Source: Candidatus Jorgensenbacteria bacterium (GTDB lineage Bacteria > Patescibacteriota > Minisyncoccia > UBA6257 > GWB1-50-10). From it: a DNA stretch of 64,000 nucleotides. The first letter of the stretch is position 1. Every line of letters begins with the position of its first letter. Under the pieces are notes generated by a model. It worked only from the letters and a program-made list of their open reading frames with translations, was not told the DNA's origin and did no database searches. Below, piece after piece: positions 48,569 through 58,500 of the stretch. A program made the translations under genes and the position numbers. The DNA is taken from the NCBI GenBank assembly GCA_043807585.1, contig JAZDFV010000013.1:2039-66038 (forward strand), read 5' to 3'.

Positions 48569-49285
48569 ATGGGTTATACCGATCAAGATTTTGAGCGGAT
48601 TCTCACGAACATTCTTACCGCCGACTACGAGCTGAAAACGGAACGCACCTCGGCAATCCTCAAGGTATTACGAGATGTGACAGAGGGACAAAAACCGCAC
48701 CTTTTCGCCTTCGTCCTAAAGAACTTCGGTTTCATCGAGGACTGTGGTGAGCCCATGAAGGATGAACGGATGAGCGATGATAGATATCAGGAGCTCGTGA
48801 AAAGTTTGGGGAATGAGGTGCACCGCCTGTTCCACGCTTGGATCAAAAAGAATCCAACGGAAGAGGAATTGGGGGGAAAGCTCCAAAAATACTTCTTTGG
48901 GGAGCTCACCAACGATGAAGAGCGGAGTGTGGCGCTATCCATCATCCTTGGTGACCGCCACATTCCCTATCGCCGCATTCCCTTGGAACTCCTTGATGAA
49001 GGTATTACCGGTAGCGACATCCAGGAGGTCTTGGAAGGCCACGAGGTGGAGGAGCGGATGAAGGAAGATGCTGCAATCATCCAGAACATCCTCCGGAGGA
49101 AGAACCTTACCACTCCCATGATGATACTCCTCTGGAACATTGTGAACCGTCACAAAACCGAGGCGGAGCGATTCGTGTTATTCTCCACACTTCTCGGAAT
49201 GGTAGAGAATGAGGCGAAGCACGATGCCATCGATGGGCTGGGGAGTATAGGCGGGATGATTGCCAGCATGTTCGGAGGGAGATGA
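48569..49285 (+). CDS. Hypothetical protein with its own promoter and terminator
   Basis: TTGACA...TATAAT promoter, AAGGAGG RBS and a downstream hairpin. Confidence 0.7.
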   Translation: MGYTDQDFERILTNILTADYELKTERTSAILKVLRDVTEGQKPHLFAFVLKNFGFIEDCGEPMKDERMSDDRYQELVKSLGNEVHRLFHAWIKKNPTEEELGGKLQKYFFGELTNDEERSVALSIILGDRHIPYRRIPLELLDEGITGSDIQEVLEGHEVEERMKEDAAIIQNILRRKNLTTPMMILLWNIVNRHKTEAERFVLFSTLLGMVENEAKHDAIDGLGSIGGMIASMFGGR

Positions 49286-49320
49286 TCAGCGGACTCCTGT
49301 CACTATTGTGGCGGGAGTTC

Positions 49321-50208
49321 TTATTTTTCTACGAGGAATTTGTCCGCGAGTTTTAGTGCGAGGTGAGGATTTTTCAGCCATTGGATGCGGCGGTCCCGTC
49401 TGAACCAGGTCATCTGGCGTTTTGTATAGCGTTTTAAGTCCAGTGCAAGGCTATCGTAAAATGCTTCTTTCCCAATCTCCTTTTTGAAAAGTTTCAAGGC
49501 CAATGCATAGACAAGGCCGAACTCCCGTATCCGGCGCTCGGGGACGTTCTGCTTCAACAAGTTTCCCACTTCTTTGAGCAGTCCCCGGCGGAGCCATTGC
49601 CTGATGCGCGCCCGCATTTGCCTCTCCAGCACCCGTTTTTCCACCGAGATGCCGAGCATGAGCACGTTCGCGGGGAGGGGATTGGTCTGCGGGCGCGGCA
49701 CCCTGCCAAGCGCTTCCACGATTTCCAGTGCACGGATGAGCCGCCTCGGGTTCTTTGGGTCGATCGAAGCGGCACGCGCTGGGTCCTTCTGTTCGAGGAG
49801 CGCAAATAATTCTCCCGCGGATCTTTTTGCGAGTTTTTTGCGGAGCGCGGGGTTTGATTTCACTGCCGGCATGGCGGTGCCGTCAATGGCTGCTTGTACA
49901 TAGAGGCCGGTACCGCCGCAGAGGATGGGGATTTTCCCCCGGCGCCAAATTTCCCTGGCTTTCCTGCGTGCGAGCTTCTGGTATTGGGCTGCGGTGAACG
50001 TGCGGCGGGGGCTCGCCACATCAAGAAGATAATGCGGCACCCCGCGCATCTCGCGCCTAGTGATCTTGTTGGAGCCGACATCGAGCCCGCGGTAGACATG
50101 CCGCGAGTCCGCGGAGATGACCTCTCCTTTGAAGCGTTTAGCGAGGGTTACCGCGAGCGCGCTCTTCCCGCTTCCCGTTGGACCCACGATGGCGATGAGC
50201 TTTCGCAT
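49321..50208 (-). CDS. miaA: tRNA dimethylallyltransferase
   Basis: GPTGSGKS, ISADS, GGTGLY and KRQMTWF. Confidence 0.95.
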   Translation of the reverse strand: MRKLIAIVGPTGSGKSALAVTLAKRFKGEVISADSRHVYRGLDVGSNKITRREMRGVPHYLLDVASPRRTFTAAQYQKLARRKAREIWRRGKIPILCGGTGLYVQAAIDGTAMPAVKSNPALRKKLAKRSAGELFALLEQKDPARAASIDPKNPRRLIRALEIVEALGRVPRPQTNPLPANVLMLGISVEKRVLERQMRARIRQWLRRGLLKEVGNLLKQNVPERRIREFGLVYALALKLFKKEIGKEAFYDSLALDLKRYTKRQMTWFRRDRRIQWLKNPHLALKLADKFLVEK

Positions 50209-50256
50209 ATCACGCACGCTATAACACCATCGGGTTTCTCGTTTTCGGGCTCGCGT

Positions 50257-52071
50257 TTATTTCCTTTGCGCGATGAGGTCGCTGATGGTTTTGAGGAACG
50301 AGTGGAGCGGAACGGTAGCTGTTTCCTTCTTGTGCCGCTCGCGGACGTTCACCGTTTTCGCACTTTCCTCCTTTTCTCCAACAACAAGGATGTAGGGGAT
50401 CTTTTTAAGCTCTGCGTCGCGGATGCGCTTGCCGAGCGTTTCATTCGCCTCGCTCGTTTCTGTGCGCACGTCGTGCTCTTTAAGCTCCCGCGCCACACGC
50501 TCGGCATAGGCGGCGTACTTTTCGGAGACCGGAAGCACCGTAACCTGCACCGGCGAGAGCCACGCGGGGAGCGCCCCGGCGTAGTGCTCGAGAAGCACCA
50601 TAATGAACCGCTCAGGCGAACCGATGATGGCGCGGTGGATCATGAAAGGCCGCTTCTCCTTGCCGTCCTTGTCGATGTAGGTGAGGCCGAACCGCTGGGG
50701 GAGGAAAGAATCGATCTGTACGGTGGAGAGCTGCCACTCGCGGCCGAGCGCATCGGTCGCCATGAGGTCCATCTTCGGTCCGTAGAACGCGGCCTCTCCT
50801 GGTGCGTCGAAGTAGTCGATGCGGTTGCGCTTCACGATTCGCTCGGCCCACCGTTCGAGCTTGTCCCACGTTTTCGCGTCCCCGATGTACTTTTCGGGGT
50901 GTTTTTTGTCGCGCGTGGAGAGGCGATAGCGATATTTGAACCCGAAGGTTGCCATGACTTTCTTGATCATCCCGAGCGCCAGGTCAATTTCCTCGTCCAC
51001 CTGGTCCTCGCGGCAGAAGATATGGTAGTCGTCCTGCGAGAACGAACGCACTCTAGCGAGGCCGGAGAGCTCACCCGGTTTCTCATCGCGGTAGAGCATC
51101 GCGAAGTCGGAGAGGCGGAGCGGAAGGTCGCGGTAGCTCCGCGGCTGGCTCGCGTAGATCTGGGTGTGTTGGGGGCAGTTCATCGGCTTCAGGAAGAATT
51201 CCTCCTCCGAGTAGTTCGAGACGACCCGGAACATGCTGTCGCGGTACTTGTCGTAGTGGCCGGAGATCTTGAAAAGTTCCGCCTTGGCGATCTGCGGAGT
51301 CCACACCTGCGTGTAGCCGGCCTTCGACTGGAGCGATTCGACGTAGTCGTTGAGGAGCCGGCGGATGAGCGCGCCACTCGGCGTGTAGAGGGGGAGACCT
51401 GCGCCCACGAGGTCCGAAAAGGTGAAGAGGTCGAGTTGCCTGCCGAGTTTTCGGTGGTCGCGCTTTTTCGCTTCTTCCTCGCGCGCGAGGTATTCATCCA
51501 GCTCTTTCTTGGTGGCGAAGGCGAGACCGTAGATGCGGGTGAGCATCGGGTTTTTCTCGCTCCCGCGCCAGTACGCGCCCGCGAGGTGGGTGAGCTTGAA
51601 GGCGTCAGCCGGAATTTCTTTGGTATTTTTCACGTGACCGCCGCGGCATAAATCATAAAACGCGGATTCACGCGGATTAAAAGCGGATTTACGCTGATTT
51701 TTATCTCCAGTGATATAGATGGAAATTGGTTGTTTTGCTTTCACTAGTTCTTTGATGAGTTCCAACTTGAAGGTTTGTCCCCTAAACAGTTTTCCCGCTT
51801 CCACGGGCGTCACCTTCTTTCCCGAAAAGGGGAGGTTTTGCGCGATGAGAGCGCGCATCGCCTTTTCCAGCTTCGGCAAATCGGTGTCGGTTATTCGTGT
51901 AGATTCGTGGCCGGATTCGTGTTTATTCGTGAATTGGAAGTCGTAGTAAAATCCATTCTCAATGACCGGCCCGATGCCCAGTTTCGCTTTAGGGAACTCT
52001 TTCAGAACGGCAGCAGCCAGAAGATGAGCTAACGAATGCCGAATATGGTCGAGATTTTGGGCTTTTGGCAT
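50257..52071 (-). CDS. thrS: Threonine-tRNA ligase
   Basis: RHSLAHLLA, DLCRGGH, KPMNCP and HRAIIGS. Confidence 0.96.
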   Translation of the reverse strand: MPKAQNLDHIRHSLAHLLAAAVLKEFPKAKLGIGPVIENGFYYDFQFTNKHESGHESTRITDTDLPKLEKAMRALIAQNLPFSGKKVTPVEAGKLFRGQTFKLELIKELVKAKQPISIYITGDKNQRKSAFNPRESAFYDLCRGGHVKNTKEIPADAFKLTHLAGAYWRGSEKNPMLTRIYGLAFATKKELDEYLAREEEAKKRDHRKLGRQLDLFTFSDLVGAGLPLYTPSGALIRRLLNDYVESLQSKAGYTQVWTPQIAKAELFKISGHYDKYRDSMFRVVSNYSEEEFFLKPMNCPQHTQIYASQPRSYRDLPLRLSDFAMLYRDEKPGELSGLARVRSFSQDDYHIFCREDQVDEEIDLALGMIKKVMATFGFKYRYRLSTRDKKHPEKYIGDAKTWDKLERWAERIVKRNRIDYFDAPGEAAFYGPKMDLMATDALGREWQLSTVQIDSFLPQRFGLTYIDKDGKEKRPFMIHRAIIGSPERFIMVLLEHYAGALPAWLSPVQVTVLPVSEKYAAYAERVARELKEHDVRTETSEANETLGKRIRDAELKKIPYILVVGEKEESAKTVNVRERHKKETATVPLHSFLKTISDLIAQRK

Positions 52072-52134
52072 ATGCTTTTATTATAGACAAATCCTTGTGT
52101 TTGGGGGATATTGACAACTTTACTATAATATGCT

Positions 52135-52842
52135 ATGTTTTACGTAGCATATTACCAGATTTCCGTACCTCACGCCCCACCAATTCTGGTGGAAGGGGAA
52201 AGGAACATACTCGGTGAATGCAACGGAGGATTTATGTTTCTCGTATATTATCTGGCATCTGCCATGGTAACCATCGGTCTTTTCCTCGTCGTAGATCTTT
52301 TGACGGGACGTAGGGGACTCAATTGGTTAGTTCTGCACATCTATTCTTTTCGACGCCCCCGTGTGCTCGTGTGCACAGTAAATGGTGTCACCGGTGTGGT
52401 GACGCGACGGGACTACGAGCGCGCCATGCGCAAATCTCGTCTGGGGAACGCATCTAACGTTCCCTCGAAGCCGCCCCGCCTGTTAGTCGACCAGACCTTT
52501 CTTTTCAAAGAAGGAGGAGCTGGAGTAAATGAATTCAATGTCACTGGGGATTTGTTTGAACTTGAGGCCTTTCTCGCGGGGTGCATAGTTGAGCGAGGGG
52601 AGTTTGTAATTGTAATCCGGGAGTTTGTAATCCCAAGCGATCTCCACCGCACGGACAATCTCCAATCTTCGCACAGTTTCTGGTACGACTACATCTATGT
52701 GCATAGTCTTGCGCCCTATCGAGCAGGGGTTTCCGTGAGTGAGGATGGGAAAGGAAGGAGGGTTCTTTCAGTGGCTAGAGGCGAAGGCAAGATGTTCACG
52801 CTCGTTGTGCCCCCGCCAACTAGCGTATCCACTTTGCATTGA
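52135..52842 (+). CDS. Hypothetical protein
   Basis: ORF with a TM segment. The likely start is 52234, after GGAGG. Terminator at about 52858-52886. Confidence 0.55.
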   Translation: MFYVAYYQISVPHAPPILVEGERNILGECNGGFMFLVYYLASAMVTIGLFLVVDLLTGRRGLNWLVLHIYSFRRPRVLVCTVNGVTGVVTRRDYERAMRKSRLGNASNVPSKPPRLLVDQTFLFKEGGAGVNEFNVTGDLFELEAFLAGCIVERGEFVIVIREFVIPSDLHRTDNLQSSHSFWYDYIYVHSLAPYRAGVSVSEDGKGRRVLSVARGEGKMFTLVVPPPTSVSTLH

Positions 52843-53032
52843 AGTTTCATCAAGCTCAAGGCTCGATCACAATGATCGAGCCTTTTGCGTTTCTAAAATT
52901 AATTCAAAGAGACTTCTGTGTTTAAATTCCCTCGATTGTACCAAAGGACTGGTCGACATTTTCTGTTACCAAGATTTAACGAGCGAATTGAAGATATTTT
53001 CGTACGGGGCAGGTTGATGAAAAAGGTGAAAT

Positions 53033-53075
53033 CTAAGGTTCCGTCACCTCGTCGCGGATGAGCTTCGACTCGTCT
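53033..53075 (-). repeat. Degenerate copy of the dnaE 3' end
   Basis: The minus strand reads DESKLIRDEVTEP*. Confidence 0.7.
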
Positions 53076-53112
53076 TTTACGGCCTCCCGGCGGCGATACT
53101 TCGTTTCTTTCC

Positions 53113-53162
53113 TACTCTTTTCCCCTACACCTCCGGCCGTTCACATAGGAGAAGAGTATAAT
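53113..53162 (+). promoter_or_regulatory. Upstream imperfect palindrome of paralog 3 plus TATAAT
   Basis: cctacacctcCGGCCGttcacataggagaa followed by gagtataat. Confidence 0.75.
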
Positions 53163-53201
53163 AAAAGCGTGCGTTGAAAGAAGAAGTGTAAGTGCCAAGT
53201 T

Positions 53202-53786
53202 ATGAGAGGCGATATTGTATTGAAGGTATTGGGAATAGCGGGAGAAGGAGTTGCTACTCTTTCCGATCTTTTCTGCGCTTTTCTTGAGGCGGGATACGGG
53301 GCTTCGTATGGGAGGTTGGAGTATCAGCTGCGAGAACGGCGCGGAGAGTGCGCGCGAGCAAAAGATGTGCGCGATGCACGCGGACGGTTTCAGAAACTAC
53401 TCTACAAGTTGAAGAAAGACGGTCTTATCGCGGCCGGGGATGGTCGTGCCGCGGGGCGTTTTTCTGTCACAAAAAAGGGGAGGAGTAAGCTTGCCAAACT
53501 TTTGGAGCGGCGGAAGCGAATGTTGCCTCCTGCAAGGTACGCGGCAAAACCCGCCAATGTGTATACTATCGTAGCGTTTGATGTGTCCGAGAAAGAGCGG
53601 AAGAAGCGCGCGTGGCTGCGTGAGGTACTTCGGAACCTCGGCTTTAATCGTGTCCAGCAAAGCGTCTGGATCGGGAAAGTAAAGATACCGGAGCAGTTCT
53701 TGAGAGACCTGGAACGGTTGGAAATCGTTCACGCGGTTGAAATTTTCGAGATTACCAAAACTGGAAGTCTTCACCACCTTGTGTAA
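53202..53786 (+). CDS. PaaX-like regulator (wHTH plus Cas2-like fold), paralog 3
   Basis: Close paralog of 16582-17223 (AFLxAGYGASYG, SVWIGKVK, ITKTGSL). Confidence 0.82.
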   Translation: MRGDIVLKVLGIAGEGVATLSDLFCAFLEAGYGASYGRLEYQLRERRGECARAKDVRDARGRFQKLLYKLKKDGLIAAGDGRAAGRFSVTKKGRSKLAKLLERRKRMLPPARYAAKPANVYTIVAFDVSEKERKKRAWLREVLRNLGFNRVQQSVWIGKVKIPEQFLRDLERLEIVHAVEIFEITKTGSLHHLV

Positions 53787-53806
53787 TACGTGATGGTTGT
53801 TTGCAG

Positions 53807-53844
53807 TTTTCTCCTACACCAACGGCCGTCGACATAGGAGAAAA
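53807..53844. repeat. Downstream cognate palindrome of paralog 3
   Basis: ttttctcctacaccaaCGGCCGtcgacataggagaaaa. Confidence 0.8.
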
Positions 53845-53874
53845 TTGGGAAAGTGGGGAAAGTGAAGGGAGGGT

Positions 53875-53913
53875 TTACAATTCTTTCACCTCATCGCAGA
53901 TGAGCTTCGGCTC
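53875..53913 (-). repeat. Copy of the dnaE 3' end
   Basis: The minus strand reads EPKLICDEVKEL*, compared with dnaE EPKLICDEVREL*. Confidence 0.85.
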
Positions 53914-53925
53914 GGTGGAGATTTG

Positions 53926-55473
53926 TCATTTGATCCTCAGTTTTTCGATTGCCGGAAGAAATTTCGGGTCGAGCTGTTTTGCGGCTTCCCAATACTTTCT
54001 TGCGCTCTGCATATCGCCGGCGTTTTCGTAGTTGTTTCCGAGGTTATAGACGGGAATTGGGTTTTGCGGGTTCAGCGCGATGGCATGCTCATAAGCATCG
54101 TGCGCTTTCGGGATATCTCCCTTGTCCTCGTAGGCCATCCCCAGATTATTCCAGACGCGCAAACTGGTCGGAGCGTATTTCAGGGTTTGTTCGTAGAAAC
54201 CTATCGGGTCCCGCCAGTCGGCGTTCCTCAAAACGGTTCTCACCCCGAGGGAGATGAACCAAATCGCCAATAGTCCGCCCGCGGTCCACCTCATCCAATC
54301 TTTTGTCCACGCCGCCCCCATTATCTCCGCGATTCCCGTTCCGGCAAAGATGGACAACCCGACTATCGGCGCGTACAGGTAATGTTCGAACATGATGCCG
54401 GCCACGGGAGCGAGAATGCCCGACGCCGGCAGGATGGCAGCGGCGAAGAAAAGCGTCCCGAAAAGATATCCCTTCCTCTCCTTGAATCGGGCGATGGAGA
54501 AGAGAAGCATTATGAGCGCGATGATCACTCCGGCCAGCGCATAAGGATTGAATAGCGAGGTTACGACGAGAATGTTTTCCGTTCGCTCCATGAAGAGCGT
54601 TATGGGGGAGAAAAACAGCGAAATGTATTGCGGCAGGATCGAAAAGAAGGTGGAAGTTCTCACCATCATGCTCGTCGTATAGACATTTTCGGCGTGGTAG
54701 ATGTTGAACGTGTTTTGAAAATTGAGCACCGTGCCGCGGAGCGCAAGATAGAGGGCGGCGATGAGAACGAACGGCAGGAGCGCCAACGCCGCGTTCTTGC
54801 ACCAGTCCCGGAAACGCTCCACATGCGGACGGACCAGCCGAAGCCAGAGTTCCAGGAGGACGAGCAGGGCGGGGAATACGACCGCCCGCTCCTTGGAGAG
54901 AAGCGCGAGGATGAAACAGAGCGCCGCGACGCCGTAAGAAAGCATGGCTCCCCGGTTCTGGTATTTTGCCCTGAAGCGCATATAGGCAGCGATGCCCAAC
55001 AGCGTGAAGAGAAGGGAGAGCGGATCCCCGAGGCCCGTGACGTAGGTCACCGCTTCTGTTTGGAGCGGGTGGATGAGAAAAATGAGCGCGGTGAAGAACG
55101 GCACCGCGCGCCGCGCGAGCAATTTTGATAGGAGCAGAAAGACCAAAACGGCGTTCGCGAAATGGACCAGGAAATTCACCGCGTGATAGCCAGGCGCCGA
55201 TGCACCCCACAGTTTCCATTCGATGGAGTACACCGTGAGGAGAACCGGGCGCCAGTAGTCGCTCATGAAGCCCGCGCCCTCTATCATGTTTCCGGAGAAG
55301 AATTTTCCGATCTCGAAATTATGGACATACGCATTGTTCAGGATGACGTCGTTGTCGTCCCAGAACATTTTGTTGTTGAGGGTATTGGCATAGACCGCTA
55401 TGCCGGCGATGAAAAGAACCGCCACGGCGGCGGTGGTGGTGCGTGTAACGACGAATTGCCGAAGAGCGTGCAT
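53926..55473 (-). CDS. TMTC-like GT-C glycosyltransferase with C-terminal TPR repeats
   Basis: FWDDN, YWRP, HPLQTEAV, EHYLY and TPR WNNLG. Confidence 0.8.
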   Translation of the reverse strand: MHALRQFVVTRTTTAAVAVLFIAGIAVYANTLNNKMFWDDNDVILNNAYVHNFEIGKFFSGNMIEGAGFMSDYWRPVLLTVYSIEWKLWGASAPGYHAVNFLVHFANAVLVFLLLSKLLARRAVPFFTALIFLIHPLQTEAVTYVTGLGDPLSLLFTLLGIAAYMRFRAKYQNRGAMLSYGVAALCFILALLSKERAVVFPALLVLLELWLRLVRPHVERFRDWCKNAALALLPFVLIAALYLALRGTVLNFQNTFNIYHAENVYTTSMMVRTSTFFSILPQYISLFFSPITLFMERTENILVVTSLFNPYALAGVIIALIMLLFSIARFKERKGYLFGTLFFAAAILPASGILAPVAGIMFEHYLYAPIVGLSIFAGTGIAEIMGAAWTKDWMRWTAGGLLAIWFISLGVRTVLRNADWRDPIGFYEQTLKYAPTSLRVWNNLGMAYEDKGDIPKAHDAYEHAIALNPQNPIPVYNLGNNYENAGDMQSARKYWEAAKQLDPKFLPAIEKLRIK

Positions 55474-55556
55474 AATGCGGAATTACTGCGCCGGTTACCG
55501 TTCTCTCGCTCTATTATTCTCTTGCATTCACAGTTCCCGGACCTCGTCCTATTGAG

Positions 55557-58500
55557 CTAAAGCTCACGGACCTCGTCGCAGATGAGCTTCGGTTCCTCGT
55601 CGCGCCAAGAGAGGCGCCCGGAGACCATCACCGCCTTGTTCTCCTGCCACACCAAGGGGTGCTTCGTGAGCGTGTCCGAAAAGACAAGCACTTCCAGGTT
55701 GTCAGAGAGATCTTCAAGCGTCACAAAGAGCATGGGTTGCCCCTTCTTCGTGGTGATGCGCTGGATGCCCGAGATGATGCCGGCAAGGCGCAACCGCGGG
55801 CCGCTGCCGTTCCCGTTCGGGACCTGGGGGAGTTTCGCCACCTCCCTCAAGGGTTTCACCTCTTTTCCGATCTTCGAGAGGTAGGCGTTCCATGGGTGGT
55901 CGGTGAGGTAGAGGCCGAGGAGTTCTTTCTCCCACATGAGCATGAGCGACTTGTCCGCCGGCGTGCCAGGGCGGAGGCGCACAGAGGCAAGGGAAACGCC
56001 GCCGCCAAAGAGGCAGTGCTGGTTTGAAGCGGCAAGTTTTTTCGCGCTTTGGTTGAATCGGATGAGATCGTCGATGCTGTCCAGAACCTGGCCGCGCTCC
56101 ACACCCAAGGAATCGAACGCCCCGCACTTTATCAAACTTTCCAGCGACTTCTTGTTCATATCGCGGTGCTGGATGCGGCGGAGGAAATCGGAGAGGTCTG
56201 CGAAGGGGCCGCCGCGCATCCGTTCCTCAATGACGGCATGGACGATGTTCGCGCCGAGGTTCTTCACGGCGAGGAGTCCGAAGTGAATATTTGAGCCATC
56301 CATTGTGAAATCCTCCGCGGAGGCATTCACGTCCGGCGGGAGCACTTTAATGCCGAGCCGCTTCGCTTCGCCGACGAGGAAGGTGATTCGTTCAATGTCG
56401 CCGGAGGAGATATTGAACAAGCTCGTCATAAATTCCCCCGGGTAGCGCGTTTTGAGGTAGGCGGTCTGGTAGCTTATCATCGCGTAGCACGCGGCGTGCG
56501 AGCGGTTGAAGCCATAGCGGGCGAACGGCGGGAAGAGTTCCCAGATGGCATCGGCGGTCTTGGGCGGGATGCCGTGGGCTGTCATGCCATTGATGAGCCT
56601 CTCCTTCTGCTCGTTGAGGAGCGATTTTATCTTTTTCCCGATGGCCTTGCGGAGCGTGTCGGCTTCGGCGAGCGTGAACCCCGCGAGGTCGCGCGCGATC
56701 CGCATCATCTGCTCCTGGTAAATGCCGACGCCGTAGGTATTTTTCAAAATCGGTTCAAGGCGCGGGTGGAGGTAGGTAATTTGCTCCTTCCCGAATTTGC
56801 GCTTGATGTAGTGGGGGATGAGCTCTATCGGCCCCGGGCGGTAGAGCGCGATCATCGCGATAATGTCCTCAAGGGTCGTAGGTTTTAGCTCCTTGAGGTA
56901 CCGTGTCATGCCGGCGCCCTCCAGCTGGAAGACGCCGGTGGTCTCGCCTTTCAGGAGAAGCTTAAAGGTGTCCGCATTGTCCAAGGGAATGGCGTCAATG
57001 TTTATGTCCTCGCCGTGGAGTTCGCGCACGAGGCGGAGCGTCTTTTCAATGACTGTGAGGTTCTTGAGACCCAAGAAATCCATCTTGAGGAGCCCGAGGT
57101 CCTCCACACAGTAGAAGTCGAACTGGGTGATAATAGTGTCCTCTCCCTGCGGCGCGCGCTGGAGGGGGAGAAAATGCACGAGCGGTTCAGGAGATATAAC
57201 AACTCCGCATGCGTGCACGGATGCGTGTCTTGCAACGCCTTCAAGTTTTTTTGCGGAATCAATAAGGTGTTTCGCCTCAAGGTCTTTTTCGTAAATATCT
57301 TTTAGCTCCTTAACATTTTTAAGGCACTCATCTAGCCAGCCTTCTTTCATTCCCTGCGTCGGGTTAAACGGTATGAGTTTCGCTATTGTGTCGCAGAACG
57401 CATATGACATTCCGAGCGCGCGACCAGCATCGCGGATGGCGGCTTTCGCGGCCATTGTTCCGAATGTGATGATCTGCGCCACCCGGTCCTTCCCGTATTT
57501 GTCGCGCACGTACGCTACCACTTCGTCGCGGCGCGTGTCGGTGAAATCAATATCAATGTCGGGCACCTGGATGCGGTCGGGGTTCAGGAAGCGTTCAAAG
57601 AGGAGATCGTACTTCAGGGGATCCACGTTCGTGATGCCGAGGATGTAGGAAACGATGCTCCCGGCGGCCGAGCCGCGGCCGGGGCCCACCACGATGCCAT
57701 GCGTCTTGGCCCAGTGGATGAAGTCCTGGACTATCAAAAAGTAGTCGGCGAAACCGGTCTTTTTGATTACCCCAAGCTCGTGGGTAATGCGTTCCCCAAC
57801 TTCCTTCGTGGCGTCCGGATAGCGCCCGGCGGTGCGCTCGCGCACGAGGGAGATGAGGTATTCGTCGGCGGATGTGCCGTCGGGCACCGTGAAGCGGGGG
57901 AGCTTTATTTTTCCGAGCTCGAGCGAGAAAGTGCATTGCTCCGCGATGGCGAGCGTGGAGGCGACCGCCTCGGGAAATTCCTTGAACGATTCCGCCATTG
58001 CGTCGGGGCTCCGCATAGAGACGTCGTAGCGCTTGAGGGAGAGGCGGTCCTCGTCATCCAGCTTGCTGTTGGTCTGCACCGCAAGGAGGATCTCGTGGGC
58101 GGTCTTGTCGTCCTCGCGCACGTAGTGGATGTCCTGGGTGCCCACGAGCGGTATGCCGAGCTTTTTTCCGAGTCCCGCCAAGGCGTGATGGAGTTCCGGG
58201 GTGTGCGGCTGGATCTCCAGATAGAAATCTCCGCCGAAGACGGAACGGTACCACGCGGCGATCTCTTCCGCCTCCGCGAACTTTTTTGCGGCGAGGAGCT
58301 TTGCGATCTCTCCCGAGTAGCAACCCGAGAGACAAATGAGCCCCTCGTGGTGCCGCTCGAGGAGCTCTCGGTCGATGCGCGGTTTGTAGTAGAACCCCTC
58401 AAGGTGCGATGCGGTGACGAGCGCGATGAGATTTTGCCACCCCGCGGCGTTTTTCGCGAGGAGGGTGAGGTGATAGCGCACCTCGTCGATCCTCGGGCGC

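Noticed and set aside
49894-51651. 585-aa plus-strand ORF, and similar long ORFs opposite dnaK, lysS and smc
   Set aside because: These are antisense shadows of GC-rich conserved genes.
52858-52886. aaggctcgatca...tgatcgagcctt as a PaaX-type palindrome
   Set aside because: It has a loop and a T tail right after a stop codon, so it is better explained as a terminator.
16582-53786. Calling the three Cas2-fold genes CRISPR cas2
   Set aside because: They have an N-terminal wHTH, and I saw no cas1 and no repeat-spacer array in the window.
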